Below, one piece after another: positions 33,504 to 45,957 of a DNA stretch of 64,000 nucleotides; the stretch's first letter is position 1; each line of letters begins with the position of its first letter. The notes beneath the pieces are model-generated. The model had not been told where the DNA came from. It searched no databases and was given only the letters and a program-made list of their open reading frames with translations. Position numbers and translations under genes: made by a program. The DNA is from Macrostomum lignano (Eukaryota), in NCBI GenBank assembly GCA_002269645.1, contig NIVC01000658.1, positions 62,001 to 126,000 on the forward strand, given 5' to 3'.

Positions 33504-36071
33504 GCCAATTGGCTAAAGCAACTTGTCGAAGGGTGCTCTGTGTCTTTGTTACGATTTTACGGAATCTTAAATAATAATTATAATGGCAGGAGCGGCTGCG
33601 GGCACCCACAACGAGCGCTGAGGCAATTCTGCCACTCCGCTGACTCGATCCTGAGCGCGTACAAACGAGCCAATACTGTACGCAGGCATGCAGTCACAGT
33701 CACACACGCTCACATAAGGTGTACTTTGCTTTCTAATCCTCAGGCATGTTACACTCTCTGTGCTTTTGGTGGGGTTGGCCCTCATGGGTGTGAAATATAC
33801 GAAATCCTTGACCTGTTTCGTACACAAGCCTCATGTGGCGAAACAGGTAAAGGTAAATCAAACCACTATGTCGCGGCAACTGAGTTTTACACTGTAGTCC
33901 AGTCAGCTAGTTCGTGTGGGATACACCACTGCACTATATGAGTGCAAATCGCAAAATTACCAGGCCAGCTAGCAGTATTTTCGTAACTTTTGTTCAGAAA
34001 ATCGCTCTTTCACTACCGCGGCCAGCATATGATCTGCAGTAGAGATACTGTCTGTGCCAGCAATCAGATATGCTTTAGCTATCTGTTTTATGAATCTATT
34101 GTTGACGCAGAAATCAGCCTATAGAAATTGTTTTCAATGCTTACTGTGATTAAAAAATGAATCTGTTTTTTGAAGGGATTTCGAAAGAGCCGCATGCAGC
34201 AAAGAGCTTCAGGACAATGCCTGTCTGAAGTGCGTGATATGTGGGATTGTAATTTTTTAGCTCCGGGACGAGACTAGGAATTTAGTATAGGGGCTGTGTG
34301 GAAAATTCATTTCCCTCAAATCGAATGAGAAATGCAAGCACTGTTGAAATGCCTCTCCCTCTCCCTGCGACCAGACTTTGCTTTAAGCGCGAGTTGCTTC
34401 ATACTTCTCTTACCCTTACGACCTTGCGTGTGTTATGCGATAATACTTTCCAGGGGCCGAGGACAAGGGCGGGGTCTGATTTCCATACATGACGTGTACT
34501 TAAGCACAGTACAGGTATATGCTCGTCCATGGAGTTTTCTTGTCTAAATGCCTGGCGAAAAAATGTATCTGTGCCTTAAATTCATTTTAAATAAAGTTTA
34601 TAACAATGTCTACTTAAGTAGAAGGATGGACTACGTTTCTTAGAAATGTTTAGGAGGTAAATTCTATCAAAGAGTACATTACGGGGAATGAAGGTTTCCT
34701 AAAAATATTCATAAAACTACGGATCTAATGCTCGTAATGAATCAAGTTGTGCCATTTTAAAATGGTTTTTAATAGTTTATCCTAAAATTTCCAAGAAACG
34801 TACTTATAGTACTACGTAGTCCTTGGTATCAAGTAGTCCTTGGTATATACTGCAGATACCCGCTTCCACAACACAGCCTAAATGGGCAGGAGGCTCCTGC
34901 CGGCATGGGGGCATCCGGATACAACATGGATGCGCCGACGCCCATCCACTAATCACTGCAGGCGACCACGGACAGTTTTATAGCGCTGAGGGAGTTCCAG
35001 TAATGCCGGTGTCCACAGCGCGCGGTCACCGGTGCATGGATGGTCGCTCGCCGGGTAGGTAGCGGACGAGCTGGCAGAGATTCTCAAACCTGAAAAGTCG
35101 CAGATAAAGTGCTCCGCATTCCCAGCAACCCCTTTACTGCGTATTTTCCACTTGGACGCATAGCGAAGCAGCCATGAACTGAGAGGCCCATGCTGACTGA
35201 CTGCGTTCCTGCGGTTGAGTCCAAGCAGGGCAGGAGAGGGACTGGAACTGCAGCAATAATTAACCCACCTCTCTGTGTGCTCTGATGCCACCTACCTCAC
35301 AATATGGTTAATCCGAGTGGTGACAAAATAGAACTCGCGCCTGAAGTGTTTTATGATTATGAGCCCAGCTGTCCTTTCCCAGACATCGCAGTTTTCACAC
35401 TCGATGAATCCGGTGGAGGTTTTGCTAGAGCTTACCCTATGAAGCACCGATCTAATGCAGAGCAGCAGATCACACTGCAGCAACCTCTTGCCCCCTGGTG
35501 CATATGGAGTAGCTACGCGATTGGCTATCTATATAATTCCCCACGACCTGTTGCCCCGCAATAATTCCTTCCTCTACTATCCCCAATCTCTCTCCCGCTG
35601 CCATTCCAATCCCTGTGCTGCAATTCCTACAGTTTTTTGTTCACCTTTTCAATCCCCGAATCCCCTAGCCTCAGCTCTGGCAGTTGTCAATCAAGCTTTG
35701 TATATATATCAAGCTTGGGTCTGCTGAGTGCACACAGGAGGACCGGCATTCTCCGGCAGCCAAGTTCAGAAATCTGTAACGGCGACTCCGTGAATTGGTT
35801 GTCAAGTACTCCGGTTATTATCTAAGAAACTTGACAGTACATGTGAGTACGAGCTGATATCTTCTCGTGTCTTACTTTGTATCTTTGCTCCTTGCTAATA
35901 CTTATAAATCATTTATTTCTCTTCTAAAATGAATGATTTAGCATTGGGCGCATTCTGAAAGTTGACTTGCTGTGTTTGAGTGGCCTGTCAATGACCTTGA
36001 GGGTCTACTAGAAAAAACTTATTATGACAAAATGATTAATGATATGTCACTCCATACCTATCAAGATCGAT

Positions 36072-36890
36072 ATCAGGTCACTCCACCAAGCAGAACATTA
36101 TCAGGTCACTCCACCAAGCAGAACATTATCAGGTCACTCCACCAAGCAGAACATCAGGTCACTCCACCAAGCAGAACATAATCAGGTCACTCCACCAAGC
36201 AGAACATTATCAGGTCACTCCAAACCTATCAATATCATTATCAGGCCACTCCACCAAGCAGGATCATTATCAGGCCACTCCACCAAGCAGGATCATTATC
36301 AGGCCACTCCACCAAGCAGGATCATTATGAAGTCACTCCACCAAGCAGGATCATTATGAAGTCACTCCACCAAGCAGGATCATTATGAAGTCACTCCACC
36401 AAGTAGGATCATTATGAGGTCACTCCACCAAGCAGGATCATTATGAAGTCACTCCACCAAGCAGGATCATTATGAAGTCACTCCACCAAGCAGGATCATT
36501 ATGAAGTCACTCCACCAAGTAGGATCATTATCAGGCCACTCCAAACCTATCAAGATCATTATCAGGCCACTCCAAACCTATCAAGATCATTATCAGGCGA
36601 CTCCAAACCTATCAAGATCATTATCAGGCGACTCCAAACCTATCAAGATCATTATCAGGCCACTCCAAACCTATCAAGATCATTATCAGGCCACTCCAAA
36701 CCTATCAAGATCATTATCAGGCCACTCCAAACCTATCAAGATCATTATCAGGCCACTCCAAACCTATCAAGATCATTATCAGGCCACTCCAAACCTATCA
36801 AGATCATTATCAGGCCACTCCAAACCTATCAAGATCATTATCAGGTCACTCCACCAAGCAGGATCATTATCAGGCCACCACCAAGCAGAA
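36072..36890. repeat. 29/31-bp minisatellite block A
   Basis: ggatcattatcaggtcactccaccaagca with a 31-bp variant aagatcattatcaggccactccaaacctatc. Confidence 0.95.
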
Positions 36891-37315
36891 TATCAGCATT
36901 CAAAACGTTGATATGCTATTACAAACTTATCATAGATATTTAATGTTAGACCCACCCATTTGCCTGCACTACATGTAAAACAGCCACGCAGACCATGCGT
37001 GCCCTCTCTGTGTTAATTCATCTTGCAGCAATTGCAGCACTAACTAACTATGCAAAATAGCAATTAAGATGGGTGGGGCGGAAAACGCCACCACCCCAAC
37101 ACTGCCCCTGAACACGATGCCGAGTGTAACAAATACAATGCGATTGGAAGAGCCGAGGCCCCCCACTGCCGAGTTGAGTAAAGTTTGAGCTCTAACCTAA
37201 GAAAGGACTTGTCTCAGTTCTTCGAAGCTTCTGTCTGTCGTGGCAGAGGGGTAGCAGGCGTGTAAGGTAGTTGGCGTGAGAGGCCTTCAGAGACTACCGA
37301 TAAACGACCTGTTAC

Positions 37316-37755
37316 ACAGAACATTATCAGGTCACTCCACCAAGCAGAACATTATCAGGCCACTCCACCAAGCAGGATCATTATCAGGTCACTCCACCAA
37401 GCAGGATCATTATCAGGCCACTCCACCAAGCAGGATCATTATCAGGTCACTCCACCAAGCAGGATCATTATCAGGCCACTCCACCAAGCAGGATCATTAT
37501 CAGGCCACTCCACCAAGCAGGATCATTATCAGGTCACTCCACCAAGCAGGATCATTATCAGGTCACTCCACCAAGCAGGATCATTATCAGGTCACTCCAC
37601 CAAGCAGGATCATTATCAGGCCACTCCACCAAGCAGGATCATTATCAGGCCACTCCACCAAGCAGGATCATTATCAGGTCACTCCACCAAGCAGGATCAT
37701 TATCAGGCCACTCCACCAAGCAGGATCATTATCAGGTCACTCCAAACCAATCAAG
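37316..37755. repeat. 29-bp minisatellite block B (same family as block A)
   Basis: Same unit; ends about 55 bp before the SLC22 ATG. Confidence 0.95.
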
Positions 37756-37808
37756 ATCACAATTATCTGAATCGGAACCCCTTCCATCAGAAGCAGCCAG
37801 TCTCAGCC

Positions 37809-38028
37809 ATGGAATACGAAAAAATACTCATGGACATCGGCGGCCTGTCGCGCGCCCAGATTCTGCTGTTCGTGCTGCTGTCTTTCACCAACCTGAAGTC
37901 CTGCCTGGAGTTCCAGTTGCTGGCGCTGTTTATGCACCAGCCCAAGTTCCTGTGCGGTCAGGCTGCCGGCAACGACACCGGCTGGAGTGTCAGCGAGGAT
38001 CAGTGCACCGTGACTGCAGCTGGCGGTA
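37809..38028 (+). CDS. SLC22/organic cation transporter-like MFS protein, exon 1
   Basis: MEYEKILMDIGGLSRAQI (SLC22-type start ..L..IG.FG..Q); donor A|gtgagt, phase 1. Confidence 0.8.
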
Positions 38029-38053
38029 GTGAGTCCTTTAGGGCACCTGATCT

Positions 38054-38955
38054 TATTCATTCTTGACGCCTCATTTGTTTCATTCTTGGCGCCTCATTTG
38101 TTTCATTCTTGGCGCCTCATTTGTTTCATTCTTGGCGCCTCATTTGTTTCATTCTTGACGCCTCATTTGTTTCATTCTTGGCGCCTCATTTGTTTTATTC
38201 TTGGCGCCTCATTTGTTTCATTCTTGGCGCCTCATTTGTTTCATTCTTGGCGCCTCATTTGTTTCATTCTTGGCGCCTCATTTGTTTACGCCTCATTTGT
38301 TTCATTCTTGGCGCCTCATTTGTTTCATTCTTGGCGCCTCATTTGTTTCATTCTTGACGCCTCATTTGTTTCATTCTTGATGCCTCATTTGTTTCATTCT
38401 TGGCGCCTCATTTGTTTCATTCTTGGCGCCTCATTTGTTTCATTCTTGGCGCCTCATTTGTTTCATTCTTGGCGCCCTATTTTTATTTCTTGGCGCCTCA
38501 TTTGTTTCATTCTTGGCGCCTCATTTGTTTCATTCTTGGCGCCTCATTTGTTTCATTCTTGACGCCTCATTTGTTTCATTCTTGATGCCTCATTTGTTTC
38601 ATTCTTGGCGCCTCATTTGTTTCATTCTTGGCGCCTCATTTGTTTCATTCTTGGCGCCTCATTTGTTTCATTCTTGGCGCCCCATTTTTATTTCTTGGCG
38701 CCTCATTTGTTTCATTCTTGGCGCCTCATTTGTTTCATTCTTGGCGCCTCATTTGTTTCATTCTTGACGCCTCATTTGTTTCATTCCTGACGCCTCATTT
38801 GTTTCATTCTTGGCGCCTCATTTGTTTCATTCTTGGCGCCTCATTTGTTTCATTCTTGGCGCCTCTTTTTTATTTCTTGGCGCCTCATTTGTTTTATTCT
38901 TGGCGCCTCATTTGTTTTATTCTTGGCGCCTCATTTGTTTTCATTCTTGGTGCCT
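38054..38955. repeat. 23-bp minisatellite filling SLC22 intron 1
   Basis: ttggcgcctcatttgtttcattc, about 38 copies. Confidence 0.95.
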
Positions 38956-38983
38956 CACGGTTGCCCCCCTCCAATCTGCTCAG

Positions 38984-39303
38984 ACGGCACCCGCGCCTGC
39001 TCGTCCTTCGTCTACCCAGTAGAGCCGGGCGCGCCCCTGTCCGGCAGCAACCTCGTCAGCCGCTACGATCTGGTCTGCGACAGAGCCTACCTGCGCGACC
39101 TCCTGCCGCCTGTGTACTTCGCTGGCACCGCGGTGGGCATGGTGTTCGGCACCCTGGGCGACCGTCTGGGCCGCAAGACCATCATCCTCTGCTTCCTGCT
39201 GCTTGACGCCGTCTCCAGCCCGCTGCCTGCGCTGGCGCCCAACATGGCGCTGCAGCTGGCGTCCCGGTTTGTCAAAGGCATCTCGTCGGCCGTTTATTAC
39301 CAG
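38984..39303 (+). CDS. SLC22 exon 2
   Basis: ctcag| NGTRAC..NLVSRYDLVCDRAY..VFGTLGDRLGRK (MFS motif A) |gtgcc. Confidence 0.9.
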
Positions 39304-39359
39304 GTGCCTGATCGGGTTTCTTAGAAATAACCCTATTCTATAGGGGGATTTATAATTCC

Positions 39360-39680
39360 TAATCTGTGCTCAAAACTCCAGACTCCAATATCCCAATCTG
39401 TGCTCAAATCCCTAGACTCAAATGTCCCAATCTGTGCTCAAATCCCTAGACTCAAATGTCTTAATCTGTGCTCAAATCCCCAGCTTATCCAATATCCCAA
39501 TCTATGCTCTAATTCCGAAAATATTCATTATCCCAATCTCTGCTCAAATCCCCAGCCTATCCAATATCCCAAACTCTGCTCAACTCCCCAGACTATTAAA
39601 TATCCCAATCTCTGCTCAACTCCCCAGACTCAAATATCCCAGAATCTATGCTCAAATCCCCAGCCTATCCAATATCCCAG
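39360..39680. repeat. Degenerate ~30-bp repeat in SLC22 intron 2
   Basis: cccaatctgtgctcaaatccc recurring about 10 times. Confidence 0.8.
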
Positions 39681-39735
39681 TCAGAGAACTCGTCACTAAT
39701 TTGGAGTCCCTCAATCAAAACCAACCACCCGGCAG

Positions 39736-40163
39736 AGTCTGCTCCTAGTAGAAGAGCTGACGGCCGAGCGCTACCGCTCCCTGCTGGGCAACCTGTTCTG
39801 GCTGTTCTGGTGCGCAGGCTACATGACTTCCGGTGCCCTGGTGGCCGTCATCGGCGACTGGCGCTTGGTGCAGTTCGCCACGCTGGCGCCCTGCCTGGTG
39901 TACATCGCCATCGCCTGGGCGGTGCCGGAGTCGCCCCGCTGGCTGGTGCTGCGCGGCCGTCAGGCCGAGGCCGTCGCGGTGTTCCGACGCCTGGCCAGCT
40001 GGAACGGAATTCGGCTGGCGCCAGACTACTTCGCTCCTGGTGGCGGCGGCGGCGGCGGCGGAGGCGGCGCCGAAGCCGACGAACCAGGCGAGCTAGAGCT
40101 GGTGGTGGTTGAGAAGGAGCCGACTGGGAGGCTGGCTGAGCTCTTCATCTATCCGGAGATGAG
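39736..40163 (+). CDS. SLC22 exon 3 (GC donor)
   Basis: ggcag| SLLLVEELTAERYRSLLG..VPESPRWLVLRGR..ELFIYPEM-AG|gcgagc. Confidence 0.85.
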
Positions 40164-40459
40164 GCGAGCATTGGGCTTTAAATAGGGATTTGATATGATT
40201 TTTGGGATCACATGATTCTGAAGATTACACAATTTTGAGGATATATGATTTTAAGGATGCAATTTTTTGAGAACAGGAAATATGGTTTTGGGTGTAGATG
40301 ATTTTTAGGAAACATAATTTTGAGAGAACATGTTTTGAAGACACATGATTTTAAGGATAAATGATTTGGAGGATACATGAGTTTGAGCTGATATATGATT
40401 TTGTTAATATATGATTTTGCTGATACATGTACATGTTTTGACAATAAATAATTTTAGGG

Positions 40460-41257
40460 AAACATGATTTTGAGGATACATTATTCTAAGGAAACATGAT
40501 TTTGAGGATACATTATTCTAAGGAAACATGATTTTGAGGATACATTATTCTAAGGAAACATGATTTTGAGGATACATTATTCTAAGGAAACATGATTTTG
40601 AGGATACATTATTCTAAGGAAACATGATTTTGAGGATACATTATTCTAAGGAAACATGATTTTGAGGATACATTATTCTAAGGAAACATGATTTTGAGGA
40701 TACATTATTCTAAGGAAACATGATTTTGAGGATACATTATTCTAAGGACACTTGATTTTGAGGATACATTATTCTAAGGACACTTGATTTTGAGGATACA
40801 TTATTCTAAGGAAACATGATTTTGAGGATACATTATTCTAAGGACACTTGATTTTGAGGATACATTATTCTAAGGAAACATGATTTTGAGGATACATTAT
40901 TCTAAGGAAACATGATTTTGAGGATACATTATTCTAAGGACACTTGATTTTGAGGATACATTATTCTAAGGAAACATGATTTCGAGGATACATTATTCTA
41001 AGGAAACATGATTTTGAGGATACATTATTCTAAGGAAACATGATTTCGAGGATACATTATTCTAAGGAAACATGATTTTGAGGATACATTATTCTAAGGA
41101 CACTTGATTTTGAGGATACATTATTCTAAGGAAACATGATTTTGAGGATACATTATTCTAAGGAAACATGATTTTGAAGCTACATTATTCTAAGGACACT
41201 TGATTTTGAGGATACATTATTCTAAGGAAACATGATTTCGAGGATACATTATTCTAA
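40460..41257. repeat. 32-bp minisatellite in SLC22 intron 3
   Basis: catgattttgaggatacattattctaaggaaa, about 25 copies. Confidence 0.95.
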
Positions 41258-41416
41258 ACATACACAATTGTAAGGATCCATAATTTTGAGAATAGATTAT
41301 TTTTAAGTTGATGAAGTAAGCTTCAAGTTAATGAGCAGGTGTCCGTGTCTGACATAAAACTGAGGGATCAAATTCACAATAAAGTTGGAATAATTTTCAT
41401 CCCTCAACGCCCACAG

Positions 41417-41773
41417 GAAGAAGACCCTAGTCGTGTTCTTCATGCTCACCGCTTTCTCATTCACCTACTACGGCCTCAGCGCCGATGTTGAGTTCACGAC
41501 TTCCAACGTCGTGCTGAACCAGGTGTACACCGGCTTGGTCGAGATCCCGTCCTCCTTTATAGGCTGGCTGCTCAGCGACTACCTGGGCCGCAGGTGGCCG
41601 ACCCTGGCCATGACGCTGGTGAGCGGCGTCGGCGTCGTGCTGGTGCCGCACGTGCCAAAGGCCACCCTGGCCGGCCTGCGCACCGGAATCGCCCTGTTCG
41701 CCAAGTGCATCCTGACCGCCGCCTACTGCATCATGGACCTGTACGCCACCGAGCTGCTGCCCACCTCGGTTCG
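41417..41773 (+). CDS. SLC22 exon 4
   Basis: cccacag| (R)KKTLVVF..YYGLS..GLVEIPS..DYLGRR..LYATELLPTSVR |gtgagc. Confidence 0.9.
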
Positions 41774-41794
41774 GTGAGCTGCGGGTTCAGGATT

Positions 41795-42590
41795 TGAAGC
41801 TGCTGGGATTTTGGGATTTGAAACTTTAGGATTTGAAATTTTGGGATTTTATACTTTGGGATTCGAAACTTTGGGATTTTATACTTTGGGATTTTAAACT
41901 TTGGGATTTGAAATTTTGGGATTTGAAATTTTGGGATTTGAAACTTTGGGATTTGAAACTTTGGGATTTTAAACTTTGAGATTTTACACTTTGGGATTTG
42001 AAACTTTACACTTTGGGAGATTTTACATTTTAGAATTTTACACTTTAGGGTTTTAAACTTTAGGATTAGGGATTAAACAATAGGGATTCGGGATTTGAAA
42101 CGCGGGACTTGGGATTTGACCCTATGGGATTTGGGAATGGTAACTTTGGGATTTGGAATTTTCAAAATTGGGATTCGGGATTTGAAAATTTGGGATTTGC
42201 GATTTGAAATTTTGGGATTTGGGATTTTGGATTCGAAACTTAGGGATCTGGAATTTGAAAAGTTGCGTTTGGGATTTGAGATTTGACACTTTTGGATTTG
42301 AGACACTCCAAAACTTAGAATTTTAAGATTCGAAATTAAGGGATTTGGGATACAAAAATAAGAATTTTAGATTTCTAAATTTAAAATCTTGGCTGTGAAA
42401 ATTTTTTATTTAGGATTTGAAACTTGAGATATTTACGTATTCGAATCTTCAAAATTGATGGTTCGACTCTTTGGGATTCGGAGGTTGGCAATTCAATGTT
42501 TTTGGGATTTGGGAATGGGGATTCAAAACTTACCGGATTTAAAGATATTATGTGACTCGAAACTCGAATTATGGATTTGGATTTGCGGAT
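41795..42590. repeat. Degenerate ttgggatttgaaa repeat in SLC22 intron 4
   Basis: Dozens of variant GGGATTT units. Confidence 0.8.
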
Positions 42591-42667
42591 GAGCTAGTAA
42601 CTACATGAAGATTCGAAAATTTAGGAAATTCACTTCCCAATCCCTCATCAATTCCCATCCTGCCCAG

Positions 42668-43010
42668 CAACAACGGCCTGTTTCTGGCCACCTTCCTGGC
42701 CACGGTGGGCAACATTGTGGCGCCCTACACCAACAGCCTGGCCCGGCACGGCCACTACCTGCCCGGCCTGGTCTTCGGCGGCCTGACGGTGGCCAGCAGC
42801 CTCAGCCTGCTGCTGCTGCCGGAGACCCGCGGCCTCCCCCTGCCGGAGACGGTCGCCAGCGCCGAGGGCATGCGACGCGGCACCGAGGCGGCCTGGCTCG
42901 CCGAACAGCGTCGACTTCGACGCGACGAGGTGGCGGCGAATGGCGACAAAGCGGCGGTATCTGATGGCGAAGGCGAGGCGGCGATTAGACTGACGGCTAA
43001 ATCAGTGTAG
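42668..43010 (+). CDS. SLC22 exon 5
   Basis: gcccag| NNGL..VGNIVAPY..LLLPETRGLPLPET (PETKG motif), stop TAG at 43008-43010. Confidence 0.9.
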
Positions 43011-44865
43011 GTTGATCCGCGTGTAATTGTAGAGTTTCTATTTTTAGAAACAGTGGGGTTTCTCCTAAAATCAAGCTTTGATTTCTGTAAAGACGGATTC
43101 CCCTCATACTTAATTGTTTTTTTATTTTTAGAAATAGTGGGTTTCCCTACAAACAAGCTTAGATTTCGGTAAAAAACGGATTCCCCTAGTTTTTTATTAT
43201 TTTCTATTTTTAGAAACTGTGTGTTTTTCCTATAAAATAAAACCTTGATTTCAGTAAAAACGGATTCCCCTAGTTCTTCATTTTTTTCTATTTTTAGAAA
43301 TAGTGGGTTTCCTTTACAAGCAAGCACTGACTTCAGTGAAGACGGCTTCTCTTTTTTATTGTTTTCTATTGTTAGAAATAGTAGTTTTTTATCAGAAACA
43401 ACTACTCGTACCTTGTGCATACACTGTAGGTTTCCAGCCGCTCATAATCCTCATCTATTTTCAGCTGTTTCGAATTTTAAAAAATCCTGGAATTTTTAAT
43501 CTTCAGTTGTAGTTTTAGTGAATTGTATATTCTATTAGAAACATGCAATCCTGTCTATTCTGTTTAAATTACCAATAGTTGCTTTTAGAAAGTAGTTAAT
43601 AACTTGATAATTAGAATTAATCTTTTAATAGTTCACACGTCATATTTTTGCTTGTTTTTGTGTACAAAAACAATTCGTGTACAATTCGTGTACGTCTTTA
43701 TTCGTGTACAAGATTGATTTTATTGAAAGTTTGATGTCGATGAAGTTTTTGTTTTAGACAAAACTTAGGTATTCGCTGTGCATGTACTTTAATAGATTCG
43801 CCTAGAAGTACTCGTAAATACTTGCAGGTGCGCTATGATAGTAATTGAAACTTCATGCATGGATTAACAGCTGCAGCAGTATGACGTTAAACTTGATTTT
43901 CTTTGAAATAGTCTAGAGGCTGTATAGTACGGAATTTGTCTATGGCAAAATCTCATTCCAGACCATCTGAATGCACCAGCGATAGGAGAAATATACAAGA
44001 ATCGCCTGACACGAGGAGATTCTGTCTATGGCTCATCTCCTAGTAGCAGGCGATTCTTTGTATGTAATCCACAGCGTGTGCGTCCCGAATATAACGCCTT
44101 ATCTCCGCCGGAGATAATGAGTTATCTTCACTGGCCATGTTGCTTTGCTTTGCGTTGCTTTGTCTATGGTAGCGGAGTTACGCTACTGATTATCTCCGCT
44201 TATTTAACACTGGGGGAATAGACGAGGCGCACAGGCAAAGTGGATTACATATTTGGAACTTAACGTATATCAGCTCATTCCTTAGAAAATCGAATTCAGC
44301 GTCCTTCTTCCTTTAAGTCCATGACGGGTCTACTTTCCGCGTCATTTTGTTTGTAATTTTGCCACAATCGCACTTTTTTTCAGCTTCTCAACTGCAGTTT
44401 CGGTAGCTGAAGTTTTTAATGCTTAATTTTTACTGTTTCTTTTCTTTGGTAGTTGGACTAGTTACTTAATTGTACTGCTTGAAACTAAATTCGAAAAAAT
44501 GATTGGAACAAAGGCATCTACCATGTGTAACATTTTTATAAGCATTCTCTTTACCGGGTAAAGGTGATTTACATGATGCAGCTTAAATAAATTCATAGGT
44601 CACCTTTTACAGTTTTCATTTCTGAGCTTCAGCATACTTTAAATTGTTAATGTCAGTTGTGTGCGATTATTCAATAGTTAAAACTGACTAATCTTTAACC
44701 CGATAATATCTATCACGTGTGTACATTAACAGGCTTGCACTTTAGGAATAGTACGATTGTACTTTAATAATAGTGCACGTGTATTTTACAATAGTACATT
44801 GGTACCTTAATCGTGAGTACACGCGTACTTATAAAAACGTGCAGCAGCATTTAAGAAAATAATTG

Positions 44866-45480
44866 TCAGAAATTTCCCGAGTTGGTAAACGGCAGTCCCT
44901 TGACGTACTCCAAGAGCTTCGCGACCCCCGGCCGGGCCGCCATGCGGTCGCGGTGCGCCCGGACCCGAGGCGTCTGCTCCAGCAGCTGCGGCTTGAAGTG
45001 CAGCATCACCTCGGCAATGTCGAACAGGTGATAATCTGCCAGGCTCAGCTTCCCATTAGCCAGGTATTCGCTGCAGGACAGGGCCTTCTCGAACGGAGCC
45101 ATCCAGCTGGTCCACTTGTCGTTGAACAGCTGCTCAACCGATGCCGGAGTCTCATAGAACGGAATGATGACAAACATGAACACATCGTCAGTCTGGTAAT
45201 ACCACATGTCCACATTGGCGGCCTCATCAATGGTGTCACCCAGCAGGCTGGGGTTGGTCAGCTTGGCCAGGTAGCGAGCGATGGCGTGCGAGTGCGCGAG
45301 CTCCCTGTGGCCGCCGTCCAGCCGCATCACTGGCAGCTGGCCGAAAACGAACTCGGACTTGCGGGCCGGCCAGCTGGGGTCCCGGGGAATCCGAGTCTCC
45401 TTAAACTGCAGGCCGGCTTCGAAAAGCAGCGCCCGGGGCAGGTCGCCGCGACACCTGGACGGAAAGTAGACCAGCTCCAT
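44866..45480 (-). CDS. Glutathione S-transferase (Tyr-type, pi/sigma-like), intronless, 204 aa
   Basis: LVYFPSRCRGD, FGQLPV, SHAIARYLAK, LSLADYHLFD. Confidence 0.93.
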   Translation of the reverse strand: MELVYFPSRCRGDLPRALLFEAGLQFKETRIPRDPSWPARKSEFVFGQLPVMRLDGGHRELAHSHAIARYLAKLTNPSLLGDTIDEAANVDMWYYQTDDVFMFVIIPFYETPASVEQLFNDKWTSWMAPFEKALSCSEYLANGKLSLADYHLFDIAEVMLHFKPQLLEQTPRVRAHRDRMAARPGVAKLLEYVKGLPFTNSGNF

Positions 45481-45957
45481 GCCGCCTGTGCAGGCTGTCC
45501 GTCACGCACGCAAAGTTGTTAGCGTGTGAGCGATTCTATAGTGCGAACTGGACTGTTCCTTTCTCTCTCACTCGCACACGAGGCTAGATTTAATTCGAGC
45601 ATATCAAACAACGATTAGACGAGAGATAAGAGAAGACTGGGGGGGCTTTAGTACTGCACAAGTATTCATATTACAAACTCAGCAACAGGTTAAAGCTTCC
45701 ACCCCAAAACCAGTGATCAACTCTCCTCTCCCTCCTCTCCAGCCTAAGCTGGGGCGCACCTGGTTTCGGGTGGAAACTTTAACATGCTTCCGAGTGTATT
45801 CTCTTAGTTAAAGTTCTCTTGATAACCTTTGAAAACCCGCAAGGCTTTAAAAAATAGCTTCTAAACACAAATCCCGGCATTCAAAGTGACACTACATGCT
45901 CCAGAGTGGTGAAGAGCTGCTGCAGAGCTGAAGTTTGTATCCTATTCCACACATCAA

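Noticed and set aside
33495-35825. Several 60-150 aa ORFs in moderately GC-rich unique DNA
   Set aside because: No recognisable motif or consistent exon chain in any frame; cannot be supported without a search.
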